From Acidimicrobiia bacterium (GTDB lineage: Bacteria; Actinomycetota; Acidimicrobiia; Spongiisociales; UBA5794), in assembly GCA_051011415.1 (NCBI GenBank), contig JBPCTY010000060.1, positions 10,781-74,780 of the forward strand: a stretch of DNA of 64,000 bases, read 5' to 3'. Under the pieces are notes generated by a model, which searched no databases, was not told the DNA's origin, and was given only the letters and a program-made list of their open reading frames with translations. How positions within the stretch are numbered: position 1 is the first letter of the stretch; every line of letters starts with the position of its first letter. Shown piece after piece: positions 45,714-55,941 of this stretch. A program made the position numbers and the translations under genes.

Positions 45714-46497
45714 CTCGTTCCTCCACTACGTTGTTCAATAGATCTGGTCGGTCCGTGATGATGCCATCAACCCCCATGTCGAGCAGGGAATGCATCTGGT
45801 CTGGTTCATCGATTGTCCATGTGTGAATCTGCGCACCAGCGCGATGCACCGCATCGACAAGTTTCTTGTCCACGGCTGCACCTTTTATCTTTGCCGGGAG
45901 CTGATATGCATCCGGCGCTCGGTTGACCGTACGACCGACCCGCGATGCTGCGTACATCGACATTGCGGCCTGGGGACCTGCGGAGGTAGCAACTGCACCT
46001 TTCATGATTCTCCTGAACCTTGCGATCCTGCGATCGGAAAACGAGCCAATCAGCACCGTGTCATGCCGCCGCATCCGTGTAATCACCTCCGCAGTCGCCC
46101 ACTCGGACCCCTTCGCCTTCAGATCGATGTTGAACCGAGTGTCGGGGTAGCGGTCGAGCGTCGCATCGAGGGCGGAGATGCGAACACCTGATCCTCGAAG
46201 TGGGAAGCTCTCGGCGTCAGGACTGAAGCGGTATGCGGCGTCGAGGCTCACAAGATCCTCAAACAGCCAGTCCCGCACTGCACCAACACCGTTTGTTGTG
46301 CGTTCCAACGTGTCGTCATGGAATACCACCACGACTCCATCCTTGGTCACCTGCACGTCTGTCTCGATGTAGCGATAGCCGAGACCCTCGACCGCCTGAT
46401 CGAAACCATGCCACGTGTTCTCAGGCCAGAGCTCGCGACTTCCTCTGTGCGCAAGGCGAAGAGGGTCCTCTGCATCGAAGTACGGAACCACGCTCAT
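45697..46497 (-). CDS. Glycerophosphodiester phosphodiesterase family protein
   Basis: GDPD motifs LAHRGS, YIETDVQVTKDGVVVVFHDDTLERTTNG. Confidence 0.8.
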   Translation of the reverse strand: MSVVPYFDAEDPLRLAHRGSRELWPENTWHGFDQAVEGLGYRYIETDVQVTKDGVVVVFHDDTLERTTNGVGAVRDWLFEDLVSLDAAYRFSPDAESFPLRGSGVRISALDATLDRYPDTRFNIDLKAKGSEWATAEVITRMRRHDTVLIGSFSDRRIARFRRIMKGAVATSAGPQAAMSMYAASRVGRTVNRAPDAYQLPAKIKGAAVDKKLVDAVHRAGAQIHTWTIDEPDQMHSLLDMGVDGIITDRPDLLNNVVEERDAQQG

Positions 46498-46529
46498 GAG
46501 TGAACGGTAGGCCTCGGTGCGGCCCTGAC

Positions 46530-47774
46530 CTATCGGATATCCCCGTAGGGCTGCCCGGATTTCACGACCAGATCGACAAGATCACCGTCGGGCCGATACG
46601 CAAGATGCTCGTGGCTCGGCGCACCGATCGCAACCAGATCTCCAACCATTCCGGGTACAACAGCGCCACGATCATCAAGGAGGAGCGACCGAGCACCCCC
46701 GGCCGTGGCAGCCCACACCGCCTCGCCCGCAGTGAGATTTGACTCCACAACGGCGAGACTTATCACGAACTGCATGGTCTCGATGTATGAGGTCCCGGGA
46801 TTGCAGTCAGTTGCGATCGCAACCTCAACTCCGGAATCCCAGAATCGACGCCCATCGGGCGCAGGTTCGCGCATCGCATACGACACGCCTGGAAGAAGCA
46901 CCGCAACGGTGCCAGCGTCTGCGAGCGCCTCAAGATCATTGTCGGTCGCGTGATCCAAATGGTCAGCTGATGCCGCACCGAGCTCGGCAGCAAGCGCTGC
47001 GCCACCCGTTCGGCTCAGCTGGTCGGCGTGCAGACGAATGGGAAGGCCTTTCGCTGCAGCCGCACTAGCGATGGTGCGGGTCTCCTCAATTCCGAACGCT
47101 GCCCCGTCACAGAACACATCAACGAATGAGACCTCGCCAGCAAGAGAATCGAGCATTGGGCCAGCAACAAGGTCGACATACGCCCCTCGATCGCCCGAGA
47201 ATTCTGGTGCGACGACATGGCCTCCGAGCAGTGTCGAAATCACATCAATGGGAAGCGCCATATCGAGCGCTCGTCCAGCAGCAACCATCTTCGTCTCGGA
47301 CTCGACATCGAGGCCGTAGCCCGTCTTCACCTCGACCGTCGTGGTTCCGGCGCCGAACATGCGTTGAAGGCGGGGCATCGACTCGCCGATCAAATCGACA
47401 AACGACGCTTCTCTCGTGGCCCCAACGGTCGAATAGATGCCGCCACCGGCAGCCAGCAGCTCGGCGTAGCCGGCGCCAGCCATCCGCTTCGAGAACTCGT
47501 TTGCCCGGTCACCGGCAAATACCGTGTGCGTGTGTGCATCAACGAAGCCTGGAAGCACTGCCCTCCCCTCAAGATCCAGACTCCGGACTCCCGAATACGC
47601 GGCGGGGAGATCAGTGGATGCACCAACCCACTCAATCCGACCATCGACGACTGCCACGGCTGCATCGTGTACGAGGCCTAGTAGTCCGCTCCGTTCAGGG
47701 TCGTTCGTTACCAACTCTCCGATGCCCGAAAGTACGAGGGAGTTGGTTGACCCTGAGGCATCGGCGTCGGTCAT
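46530..47774 (-). CDS. hutI: Imidazolonepropionase
   Basis: Amidohydrolase fold, [14 protein letters not shown]. Confidence 0.9.
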   Translation of the reverse strand: MTDADASGSTNSLVLSGIGELVTNDPERSGLLGLVHDAAVAVVDGRIEWVGASTDLPAAYSGVRSLDLEGRAVLPGFVDAHTHTVFAGDRANEFSKRMAGAGYAELLAAGGGIYSTVGATREASFVDLIGESMPRLQRMFGAGTTTVEVKTGYGLDVESETKMVAAGRALDMALPIDVISTLLGGHVVAPEFSGDRGAYVDLVAGPMLDSLAGEVSFVDVFCDGAAFGIEETRTIASAAAAKGLPIRLHADQLSRTGGAALAAELGAASADHLDHATDNDLEALADAGTVAVLLPGVSYAMREPAPDGRRFWDSGVEVAIATDCNPGTSYIETMQFVISLAVVESNLTAGEAVWAATAGGARSLLLDDRGAVVPGMVGDLVAIGAPSHEHLAYRPDGDLVDLVVKSGQPYGDIR

Positions 47775-49711
47775 TTGGTGTTCGTCTCGAATCCAGCATC
47801 CTGATCCTGCATCGGAATCACAACGCCTCGGTCGCGTGCGACCGCAACTGCTTTCTCATATCCCGCATCTGCGTGGCGAATGACCCCCATCCCTGGGTCG
47901 TTCGTCAATACCCGCGTGAGCCTGCGGTCGGCTTCCCGCGTCCCGTCTGCGACGACCTGCGCACCAGCATGGATCGACTTGCCGATCCCAACTCCCCCTC
48001 CGTGGTGGACGGCTACCCATGCCGCACCTGACGCCGTGTTGAGAAGTGCGTTCAGGATGGGCCAGTCGGCAACGGCGTCTGATCCGTCAGCCATGCCCTC
48101 GGTCTCTCGGTAAGGAGACGCAACCGATCCAGAATCGAGGTGGTCTCTGCCAATGACGACCGGGGCGGAAACCCTTCCGGATCGTACGAGTTCATTGAAC
48201 GCCAGACCCGCCAAGTGGCGCTCGCCGTAGCCAAGCCAGCAGATCCGGGCTGGAAGGCCCTGAAACTCGACCTGATCCTCAGCCATATCGAGCCACCGGA
48301 GCAACGGTTCGTTGTCAGGAAAGAGCTCACGGAGCACATCATCGGTCGCCTTGATGTCATCGGGGTCACCCGACAGTGCCACCCAGCGGAACGGGCCGAG
48401 GCCCTCACAGAACAGGTCTCGGATGTATGCGGGGACAAATCCTGGGTACGAGAACGCATCTTGGTACCCGCCCTCGATCGCCTCGCCCCGAAGGTTGTTT
48501 CCATAGTCAAAGACGACCGCACCAGCTTCCTGCCAGCCCACCATTGCCTCGCAGTGCATGGCCATTGCAGCTCGTGACTTCTCGATGTACTGGTCAGGAT
48601 CTTCGACGCGCAACGCATCCGCCTCCGTAAGCGTCATCCCGTTGGGTACATAGCCGTGGAGCGGATCGTGCGCTGAGGTCTGATCCGTGACGATGTCGAC
48701 CGATACTCCTCGCTTGAGGAGTGCAGGAAATACGTCTGCAGCGTTCCCGACGACAGCGATCGACACAGCTTCCTTTGCATCTCTTGCTTCGAGCGCCCTG
48801 TCAATCGCAGCCTCGACGCTTGGGGCAAGCTCATCCACGTACTTGGTGTCGAGCCGCTTCTGGATACGTTCCTCGTCGACATCAACGGCGAGGCATACGC
48901 CTCCGTTCATGGTGACAGCAAGGGGTTGGGCGCCGCCCATTCCCCCGAGCCCAGCGGTCAACGTGAGCGTTCCCGCAAGCGTTCCACCAAATGACTTGTC
49001 TGCAACGGCAACGAACGTCTGATAGGTGCCCTGGAGGATCCCTTGCGTGCCTATGTAGATCCACGAGCCAGCGGTCATCTGTCCGTACATCATGAGACCC
49101 GCATCCTCAAGGTCCCAGAAGTTCTGCCATGTGGCCCAGTCAGGAACGAGGTTCGAGTTCGCAATCAGAACCCGAGGCGCCATTGAGTGCGTTTGGAATC
49201 GCCCGACGGGTTTGCCTGACTGGATCAGAAGTGTCTCATCACTCTCAAGCTCGGTCAGCGAGCGCACGATCGCATCAAACGAGTCCCAGTCTCGTGCTGC
49301 CTTCCCTTTTCCCCCGTACACGACGAGATCGAGAGGCATCTCGGCGACCTCAGGATCAAGGTTGTTCAGAAGGCACCTCAACACTGCCTCTTGGAGCCAC
49401 CCCTTCGTATTGAGACCGCTACCCGTTGGTGCACCCAGCGTGCGTGGCCCAGATCCGTAGGCAAAGGCCGAGTTGGATGGATCCGCCGGAGGAGCAGCTG
49501 TGGACCGCTCCTGATAGCTTCTCGACGCTTCATCGACGCCCTCGTCCAGTGCTTCTGCTGCCTTGGCAGCGGCGACCTTCGTCGACTCCCATGCATCCGA
49601 CCTGGTGTCTGATGTCTTCTCCCAGGCGTCCGTCGCCGCCTGGGCGGCCTTGTCGACGGACTCTGACATCTTGTCGAGCCAGTCCTTTTTGTCCTCTGCC
49701 ATGCGGTCCAC
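47771..49711 (-). CDS. hutU: Urocanate hydratase
   Basis: 646 aa with typical urocanase blocks ([13 protein letters not shown]-binding core). Confidence 0.95.
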   Translation of the reverse strand: MDRMAEDKKDWLDKMSESVDKAAQAATDAWEKTSDTRSDAWESTKVAAAKAAEALDEGVDEASRSYQERSTAAPPADPSNSAFAYGSGPRTLGAPTGSGLNTKGWLQEAVLRCLLNNLDPEVAEMPLDLVVYGGKGKAARDWDSFDAIVRSLTELESDETLLIQSGKPVGRFQTHSMAPRVLIANSNLVPDWATWQNFWDLEDAGLMMYGQMTAGSWIYIGTQGILQGTYQTFVAVADKSFGGTLAGTLTLTAGLGGMGGAQPLAVTMNGGVCLAVDVDEERIQKRLDTKYVDELAPSVEAAIDRALEARDAKEAVSIAVVGNAADVFPALLKRGVSVDIVTDQTSAHDPLHGYVPNGMTLTEADALRVEDPDQYIEKSRAAMAMHCEAMVGWQEAGAVVFDYGNNLRGEAIEGGYQDAFSYPGFVPAYIRDLFCEGLGPFRWVALSGDPDDIKATDDVLRELFPDNEPLLRWLDMAEDQVEFQGLPARICWLGYGERHLAGLAFNELVRSGRVSAPVVIGRDHLDSGSVASPYRETEGMADGSDAVADWPILNALLNTASGAAWVAVHHGGGVGIGKSIHAGAQVVADGTREADRRLTRVLTNDPGMGVIRHADAGYEKAVAVARDRGVVIPMQDQDAGFETNTK

Positions 49712-49714
49712 CCT

Positions 49715-51217
49715 TCAGTCCGAGAATGCTCCGGTTTCGATCAGTTCGGCGATTCTTTCGATGTCTGGGCCAGGGGGTCGGTCTTCGACCAGTGGATCAC
49801 ACACCGACCGAACAAGATCCAGTACATGCTTGGTACCGGCGGCGGGAGATGCCTCTCGCTGCTCGAGTCCTTGCGCTGCACACATCAGCTCCACCGCGAT
49901 CACCTTCGCTGTGTTGTCGAGCACGGTTTCGAGCTTTCTCGCAGCTCCGAAACCCATTGACACGTGGTCCTCCTGCAAGCCGGAGGTCGGGATTGACTCG
50001 ACGCTTGCCGGATGCGCCAGAACCTTGTTCTCGGCAACGATTGCAGCTGCGGTGTACTGGGTCAGCATGTACCCGCTCGACACTCCCGCTTCTGTCGCGA
50101 GAAATGGCGTGAGACCGGACGACCTGTCGGGGTCGAGAAGCCTATCCGTTCGTCTTTCAGAGATAGAGCCGAGCTCTGTGGTCGCGATCGCGAGGTAGTC
50201 GAGCGCAAATGCAAGGGGTTGACCGTGGAAGTTCCCAGCGGACAAAACCTCGCCATCGTCTGCGAAGACAATGGGGTTATCGACCACAGCCCCGAGCTCT
50301 CTCGAAAACACTGCTGCAGCGAAGGCGATCGTGTCCCTGACCGCACCGTGCACCTGTGGGGCGCATCGAAGGCTGTAGGCATCCTGCACCTTGTGCGCAA
50401 AGTCGTCGTGGTGCGACGCATCGATCTCGGAGCCCTCGAGGAGGTGTGCGATCCGAGCGGCGGAGGTTGCTTGCCCAGGATGCGGTCGTAGCGCATGAAT
50501 CCGCTGCTCAAAGGGTCGTGACGACCCCATCAACGCCTCAACGGACAATGCACATGCGGCATCAACAGCATCGACCAGCTGTCCTGCGCGGTGGACAGCA
50601 AGGCAACCGTGCGCAAGCATGCCCTCCGTTCCGTTGAGCAGGCTCAAACCCTCTTTGGGCTCCAGGACGAGCGGCTCGATACCCGCCCTGGCGAGCGCAA
50701 CCGAAGCGGCCTCCGTTCCGCCGTCCGCAAGAACTTTGCCCTCGCCAACGAGGGGCAGCGCCAGATGTGCAAACGGTGCGAGATCGCCCGACGCACCAAC
50801 CGAACCCTGTGCGGGGACCGCTGGAACGATCCCTGCATCGAGCAACGCAACGATCTGCAACACAACTTCCGGGCGCACACCTGAGTAGCCCTGGGCCAAG
50901 GTCCGAGCCCGACACACCTGCATGGCCCGCACCACGGATGCGTCAAGCAGCGGGCCCACACCGGCTGCGTGGCTTCGGATCAGGTCGTACTGGAGATCTA
51001 CGGTTCGCTCCGTTGGTATCCGGGTGCTTGCCAGTGCGCCGAACCCTGTCGTTATTCCGTAGACGACTTCGTCGTTGTCGATCACCCGTTGCACAAGCTC
51101 GCGCGCCGGGGCCATCCGATCGGTGACCGTGTCATCCACCACGACGTTCGCATCACCGTTTGCGACTGCCACCACGTCAGCGATGGTCAGTGGCGATCCG
51201 TCGACAACGACCTGCAC
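49715..51217 (-). CDS. hutH: Histidine ammonia-lyase
   Basis: MIO-forming ASG triad within GSVGASGDLAPF. 500 aa. Confidence 0.95.
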   Translation of the reverse strand: MQVVVDGSPLTIADVVAVANGDANVVVDDTVTDRMAPARELVQRVIDNDEVVYGITTGFGALASTRIPTERTVDLQYDLIRSHAAGVGPLLDASVVRAMQVCRARTLAQGYSGVRPEVVLQIVALLDAGIVPAVPAQGSVGASGDLAPFAHLALPLVGEGKVLADGGTEAASVALARAGIEPLVLEPKEGLSLLNGTEGMLAHGCLAVHRAGQLVDAVDAACALSVEALMGSSRPFEQRIHALRPHPGQATSAARIAHLLEGSEIDASHHDDFAHKVQDAYSLRCAPQVHGAVRDTIAFAAAVFSRELGAVVDNPIVFADDGEVLSAGNFHGQPLAFALDYLAIATTELGSISERRTDRLLDPDRSSGLTPFLATEAGVSSGYMLTQYTAAAIVAENKVLAHPASVESIPTSGLQEDHVSMGFGAARKLETVLDNTAKVIAVELMCAAQGLEQREASPAAGTKHVLDLVRSVCDPLVEDRPPGPDIERIAELIETGAFSD

Positions 51218-51281
51218 TGTCTACTCCGATCGGTAGCGGCGTCGATTGAGCGCCAGCGTAGGAACACTCAGCATCGGATGC

Positions 51282-53789
51282 CTAGCGAAGCGCCTCGCCG
51301 ATGCGACGGGATTCACGGTCTCGCAGCTGTACACGAACCTCCAGCTGCTCAAGCCTCTGGCTCACCGACTTCTCGGCACCAGGCAGCGGCTGCTCTCTGA
51401 GGAAGGCTGCAATGCGGTCTGCGACTTCGGGTTCCGAACGGACCCATACGAAGTCCAACATGCGGTACACGTTGTTGGGTGGCATGACAGCGGTGACCTC
51501 GTCCCAACGACTCGTGATGGCCTCCCACGCACGAGCTCCGTTGTCTCTTTGGGCGATAAGCAGAGCGAACACCCAGAATGAGTCCTGGGATCGGATTTCG
51601 CCGTTGATAACCATCTCAACCATCCGTGCGGGCACCTGTGGATCCGGGACCGAGGCAGCGGCCCGAAGGTACTTCACGGTGAGCTGGGGTGTCGACGCTC
51701 CGGCTGACATTCGAAGGAATCTCTCGAAGTCTCCTATGTCTCCGTGCGATGCGGTGACCGAAAGGGCCGCATCGGCCACCTCTGCATCGACCTCGGCGTC
51801 GGCTGACATCTCGATTGAACGAGCCTGTGCGATTGTCTCACGATCGTCGCCGAGGTTGCCAAGCGCCTTCAGCAAGTGGCCACGAAGCGCACGCGTGCGG
51901 TCTGTGTCTTCAGCACCGACGTCCCATCCCAGCCGATCGGTCTGAGTGCCAACGAGATCCCGGGTGAATGACTGAAGCTTGCTGCGGTCATCGGACGACA
52001 CAACGCGGTCGAGCTCTCCAAGTCCGGCGAGGGCGATGGACCAAACATCCTTCTCGTCTTCGTCCTTCAACATCGAAATGAGCGAAAGGAATGCTGCTGA
52101 GGTCGTTGTTCCCGCAAGCAGGTTCGCATATGCATCCGACACCACAGACAAGCGCTCCAGCGGCGCAAGCTCGGGGAGTGACGCTTCGACCGACGCATAG
52201 AGCTCATTGTCATACGCAACCCGGAAGAACCCCTCTCCCCCGGTGTTGACCAACACGTTCGCACCAACATCCACAGTGACTGGTTCATCCTCGATGAGCA
52301 CCGATTGGGTGCCTTCGTCCGACGAGTAGATGACCGGGACCTTCCACGTCGATTCACCTTCGCCGAGATATCGGAACTGTCGCTGGGACATCGTCATCGT
52401 GTCGTCCCCCGAAGTGACGTCGATCACGGGGAACCCACCTTGAAAGATCCATGAGTTCATGATCTCTCCGACAGGCTCGTTAGACACGGCTTCAAGCGAC
52501 GCCCACAGATCTTCGTTGTCGGTGTTGGAAAACGAGTGTGTCTTCAGATAGTGAGATACGCCGGCACGGAACGTGTCCTCACCGAGGTACTGCTCGAGCA
52601 TCCGAAGGACTGACGAGCCCTTCTCATATGTGAGCACGTCAAACATCGCATCCGCCTCTGCAGGCGAAGCCACCGTGAACTCGATCGGCCGCGTTGCCTT
52701 GAGTGCATCGGTCTCCTGGCTGCGGGCCCTGTCAGTCGCGAAGAGCAGCCAGATATCCCATTCAGGACGCCACGCCTCGGTTGCCTTGTTCTCGGCAAAG
52801 GTGGCAAACGCCTCGTTCAGCCAGACACCGTTCCACCACTTCATCGTGACAAGATCGCCAAACCACATGTGGGCGATCTCGTGGGCGATGACGGTACCCA
52901 CACGAACCATTTCGCTCTGGGTAGCTGTTGCTTTGTCGATCAACAATGCTGTCTCGCGATACGTGATGCACCCGAGGTTCTCCATGGCGCCGAACGAGAA
53001 ATCGGGGATGGCGACCATGTCAAGCTTGTCACCCGGGTACGGCACGTCGTAATACTCAGCGAAGTAGCGCAGCGCATGCTCGCCGGCTTCGATGGCGAAG
53101 TCCGCCATATGCAGCTGCCCGGGCGGGGCGACGATGCGCAGCGGAACCCCATCCACATCGACCGGCTCCGTGAACTCGAATTCCCCGACGACGAAGGCAA
53201 CGAGGTAGGTCGACATCTTCATTGTCCTTGCGAAGACGACCTCGTCCTTGCCTCGGCCGACGGGTGTCCGTGAGACTTCAGATGCATTCGAGATAGCGGC
53301 GAGATCCTCCGGAACGACGAGCGTCACCTCGTAGGTTGCCTTGAGATCGGGCTCGTCCCAACAAGGGAAGGCCCTGCGCGCATCGGTTGACTCGAACTGG
53401 GTCGTGGCGATCACATGCTCGGCGCCCTCATCATCTGTGTAGGTCGACCGGTAGAAACCCCTGAGCAAGTCGTTCAGTTCGCCGGTGAATGCAATGTGGA
53501 CCACGGCACGACCAACGGGCAGCAGGTCAGCGGTCGTCAGGTGCAGCCGTTGGGCCGCTTCATCGAGCGACCATGTCGCATCGAAAAGCGCTCCATCGAC
53601 ATCGACAGCAGCTGACACGATCTCCAGATCAACGGCGTTGAGCGAGACCGAGGCTGTCGCCTCCACAACGTCGACGTCGATGGCAACCGACCCGGCAAAA
53701 GCCGCACGGTCCAGATCCGGCTCAAGATGGATCGCATAGTTGCTCGGAATGACGGTTCGCGGCAGTCGATAATCGGCTTCTGTTGGCAT
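51282..53789 (-). CDS. pepN: Aminopeptidase N (M1 family)
   Basis: GAMEN exopeptidase motif (FGAMEN) and zinc HExxH-x18-E (HEIAHMWFGDLVT...WLNEAFA). 835 aa. Confidence 0.95.
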   Translation of the reverse strand: MPTEADYRLPRTVIPSNYAIHLEPDLDRAAFAGSVAIDVDVVEATASVSLNAVDLEIVSAAVDVDGALFDATWSLDEAAQRLHLTTADLLPVGRAVVHIAFTGELNDLLRGFYRSTYTDDEGAEHVIATTQFESTDARRAFPCWDEPDLKATYEVTLVVPEDLAAISNASEVSRTPVGRGKDEVVFARTMKMSTYLVAFVVGEFEFTEPVDVDGVPLRIVAPPGQLHMADFAIEAGEHALRYFAEYYDVPYPGDKLDMVAIPDFSFGAMENLGCITYRETALLIDKATATQSEMVRVGTVIAHEIAHMWFGDLVTMKWWNGVWLNEAFATFAENKATEAWRPEWDIWLLFATDRARSQETDALKATRPIEFTVASPAEADAMFDVLTYEKGSSVLRMLEQYLGEDTFRAGVSHYLKTHSFSNTDNEDLWASLEAVSNEPVGEIMNSWIFQGGFPVIDVTSGDDTMTMSQRQFRYLGEGESTWKVPVIYSSDEGTQSVLIEDEPVTVDVGANVLVNTGGEGFFRVAYDNELYASVEASLPELAPLERLSVVSDAYANLLAGTTTSAAFLSLISMLKDEDEKDVWSIALAGLGELDRVVSSDDRSKLQSFTRDLVGTQTDRLGWDVGAEDTDRTRALRGHLLKALGNLGDDRETIAQARSIEMSADAEVDAEVADAALSVTASHGDIGDFERFLRMSAGASTPQLTVKYLRAAASVPDPQVPARMVEMVINGEIRSQDSFWVFALLIAQRDNGARAWEAITSRWDEVTAVMPPNNVYRMLDFVWVRSEPEVADRIAAFLREQPLPGAEKSVSQRLEQLEVRVQLRDRESRRIGEALR

Positions 53790-53910
53790 TTCGCTCCTGA
53801 CGGTTCGACAGGAAAGGTAGGGAGGATGGCCATACAGACTGCAGTTGCCTCATCGGGGCTATCTACGCATCGCTAGCGTTCCCCGCACAAACGAAAGGAC
53901 CAAGTACCAG

Positions 53911-54120
53911 ATGTGTCGATCGATTCACCGACTACGGGATGGGGCTGTCGTAGACGACCGTGAGGCCATGGAGGAAGCCGCACGCCAGTATGTCCGGAAG
54001 GTCTCTGGATTCGGGAAGCCTGCTGCGCACAATCGAGAGGCCTTCAACCAAGCCGTCGTCGAAATCACGGATGCGACGGAACGGCTGATGGGGAGACTCG
54101 TCGTGCGTGGCGCACGCTGA
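53911..54120 (+). CDS. Small DUF2277-like protein (starts at MCRSIH)
   Basis: The MCR(S/N)I N-terminus and ~70-aa length match my recollection of DUF2277. The upstream part of the listed ORF is probably non-coding. Confidence 0.45.
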   Translation: MCRSIHRLRDGAVVDDREAMEEAARQYVRKVSGFGKPAAHNREAFNQAVVEITDATERLMGRLVVRGAR

Positions 54121-54125
54121 GCTCG

Positions 54126-54758
54126 CTAGCGATTCTCGATTTCGCCAGTCGAAATCTCGCCAATGGTCTCGCCAAGAATGATCTGATCGAGCGTTCGTGA
54201 CAGCAGGGCGTAGCTGACGGGGCCAGACACCTTTCCGACGACAATTCCGCTCCGGTCAACGAAGAAGGTTTCGGGTAGACCGAGCACACCCCACTCGAAA
54301 GCAGTCGCTGACCCTTCATCGAGCGCATACACGGTTGCGTCACTGACACCGAGTTCTGCAAGGAAGCCGTCCGCGTTGGAAGCCGAGTCCTGATAGTTGA
54401 CTGCGATAAAGGTGGTACCGAGTTCCGAGTAATCCTCCGCACCAGCAACGAGTGCCGCATGCTCTTGACGGCAGGCCAAACACCACGACGCCCAGAAGTT
54501 CACCACCACAATGTCACCTGCATGGTCGGCAACACTCACCGTGCCGTCTTCGTATTGCAGCGCCATCTCGCCTGTCGGAGCGGCTTCACCGATGAGCGGC
54601 GACGATGAGAGCGTCGGGTCTGATCCGAAACGGCTGGCAAAGACGATTCCGACGAGGATGAAGATCGCAGCACCTGCGATCGCTACCCAGGCCATCCTTG
54701 CGCCTCTGGCTTGCGGCTCGGCGCCAGGTCCATGCTGCTCGCTGTCCGCTGCCATCAC
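54126..54758 (-). CDS. ccmG: Thiol:disulfide oxidoreductase CcmG/DsbE/ResA-like (membrane-anchored thioredoxin fold)
   Basis: N-terminal TM, then a CxxC thioredoxin motif VVNFWASWCLACRQE. Last gene of the ccm operon, with an ATGA overlap to ccmI. Confidence 0.75.
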   Translation of the reverse strand: MMAADSEQHGPGAEPQARGARMAWVAIAGAAIFILVGIVFASRFGSDPTLSSSPLIGEAAPTGEMALQYEDGTVSVADHAGDIVVVNFWASWCLACRQEHAALVAGAEDYSELGTTFIAVNYQDSASNADGFLAELGVSDATVYALDEGSATAFEWGVLGLPETFFVDRSGIVVGKVSGPVSYALLSRTLDQIILGETIGEISTGEIENR

Positions 54759-55525
54759 TGGCTCTCAATCTGTGCGAGCAGAGCCACCACGCCATCTCGA
54801 ATCTCATCAGGAAGATCCGGTTCTCGTGCGAGAGCAAGGAGCAAGGGGACTGCTTCCGATGGGCGATCGAGAGTTACGAGGACGTTTGCGATGAACCATT
54901 GCGCAGGGAGGTAGTCGGGCTGGCGTTCGAGGGCTCTTTCGAGATAACCGAGCGCTACGTCTGGTCTTCCGGACAGGTAGGTCATCCAACCGACGTTTGC
55001 GAGTGCTTCCGGATGTCGTTCACGATCCGGTATCTCGAAGTAGTGATCGAGCGCCTTGTCGAATTCGCCTTCCTCGAAGTATCGGCGCGCAAGTGCAAGG
55101 CGCATCCCGATGACGTCGGGGTTCTGGGCGACGACCTCTTCCATCTGCTCATTCGAAATCTCAGACAGATCGACATCGCTGCCGTCGTCGAGCGCCTCAC
55201 TCGCCACACCCTCTGCGCCTTGCGTCGTGCCGTCCTCGAGCGAAACAACAGCGAGAACACCGATCGCAACGATGGCTACCCCAACGAGGACTGCACCAAG
55301 CAATGCCCTGGTCGAGATTCTCGTCGAGACAACCAGTGAAGAGGCTGAGTCGGATTCTGGAGGTGTGGCTTCGGTTGATTCAAGGGCTGCCAGCTCGCCC
55401 TCATACCGGCTGCGCAGATTCGCGGCGGTGTCGGAATCGAGATCCCCGGCGTCGACCTGGACCTGAAGATCGGCAAGCTCTTCTTTGAGTAGGGCGATCT
55501 GATCAGCTGCACCGGACGTACTCAT
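54755..55525 (-). CDS. ccmI: CcmI/CycH-like TPR protein of System I cytochrome c maturation
   Basis: One TM followed by TPR-like repeats (ALARRYFEEGEFDKALDHYFEI...ALGYLERALERQPDY). Overlaps the ccmH stop (ATGA). Confidence 0.6.
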   Translation of the reverse strand: MSTSGAADQIALLKEELADLQVQVDAGDLDSDTAANLRSRYEGELAALESTEATPPESDSASSLVVSTRISTRALLGAVLVGVAIVAIGVLAVVSLEDGTTQGAEGVASEALDDGSDVDLSEISNEQMEEVVAQNPDVIGMRLALARRYFEEGEFDKALDHYFEIPDRERHPEALANVGWMTYLSGRPDVALGYLERALERQPDYLPAQWFIANVLVTLDRPSEAVPLLLALAREPDLPDEIRDGVVALLAQIESQ

Positions 55526-55941
55526 GCGTCCGCTCCATCGCGTGTTCGAGAGCTTCGTCGCATCGACCCAAGCACGACAGCGCCGCCGATCAAGACCCCA
55601 ACGGGAACGGCCCACAGAGCTGCGGACCAGCGCAGCCTTCCCGAATCAAGCACGTAGCTCTCTCCGAAGTTCTCTGCGAACTCGTCGAGAATCTCATCGT
55701 CCGTGTAGCCATCGGCAACGAGGTCGGCAATCAGGATCCGGTAGTCGCCCGCGACACCAGAAGCCGAATCAGCAAGCGACTCACCGTTGCAAAATGGGCA
55801 CTTGATCTGACCGGACAGCGAAGCGACCCGTTCTTCAGCAGTGGGCTCTGATCTGTCGCCCGAGGCCAAACCAGCCACGATCACGACAAGCGCGACGGCA
55901 CCGAGGACGATCGCGATGATGTTCTTTGTCTTCTCAGGCAT
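55522..55941 (-). CDS. ccmH: Cytochrome c-type biogenesis protein CcmH (NrfF-like)
   Basis: CxxC-containing motif IKCPFCNGESLADSASGVA (compare CcmH RCPxCQNQSLxES), with TM helices on both sides. Confidence 0.75.
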   Translation of the reverse strand: MPEKTKNIIAIVLGAVALVVIVAGLASGDRSEPTAEERVASLSGQIKCPFCNGESLADSASGVAGDYRILIADLVADGYTDDEILDEFAENFGESYVLDSGRLRWSAALWAVPVGVLIGGAVVLGSMRRSSRTRDGADA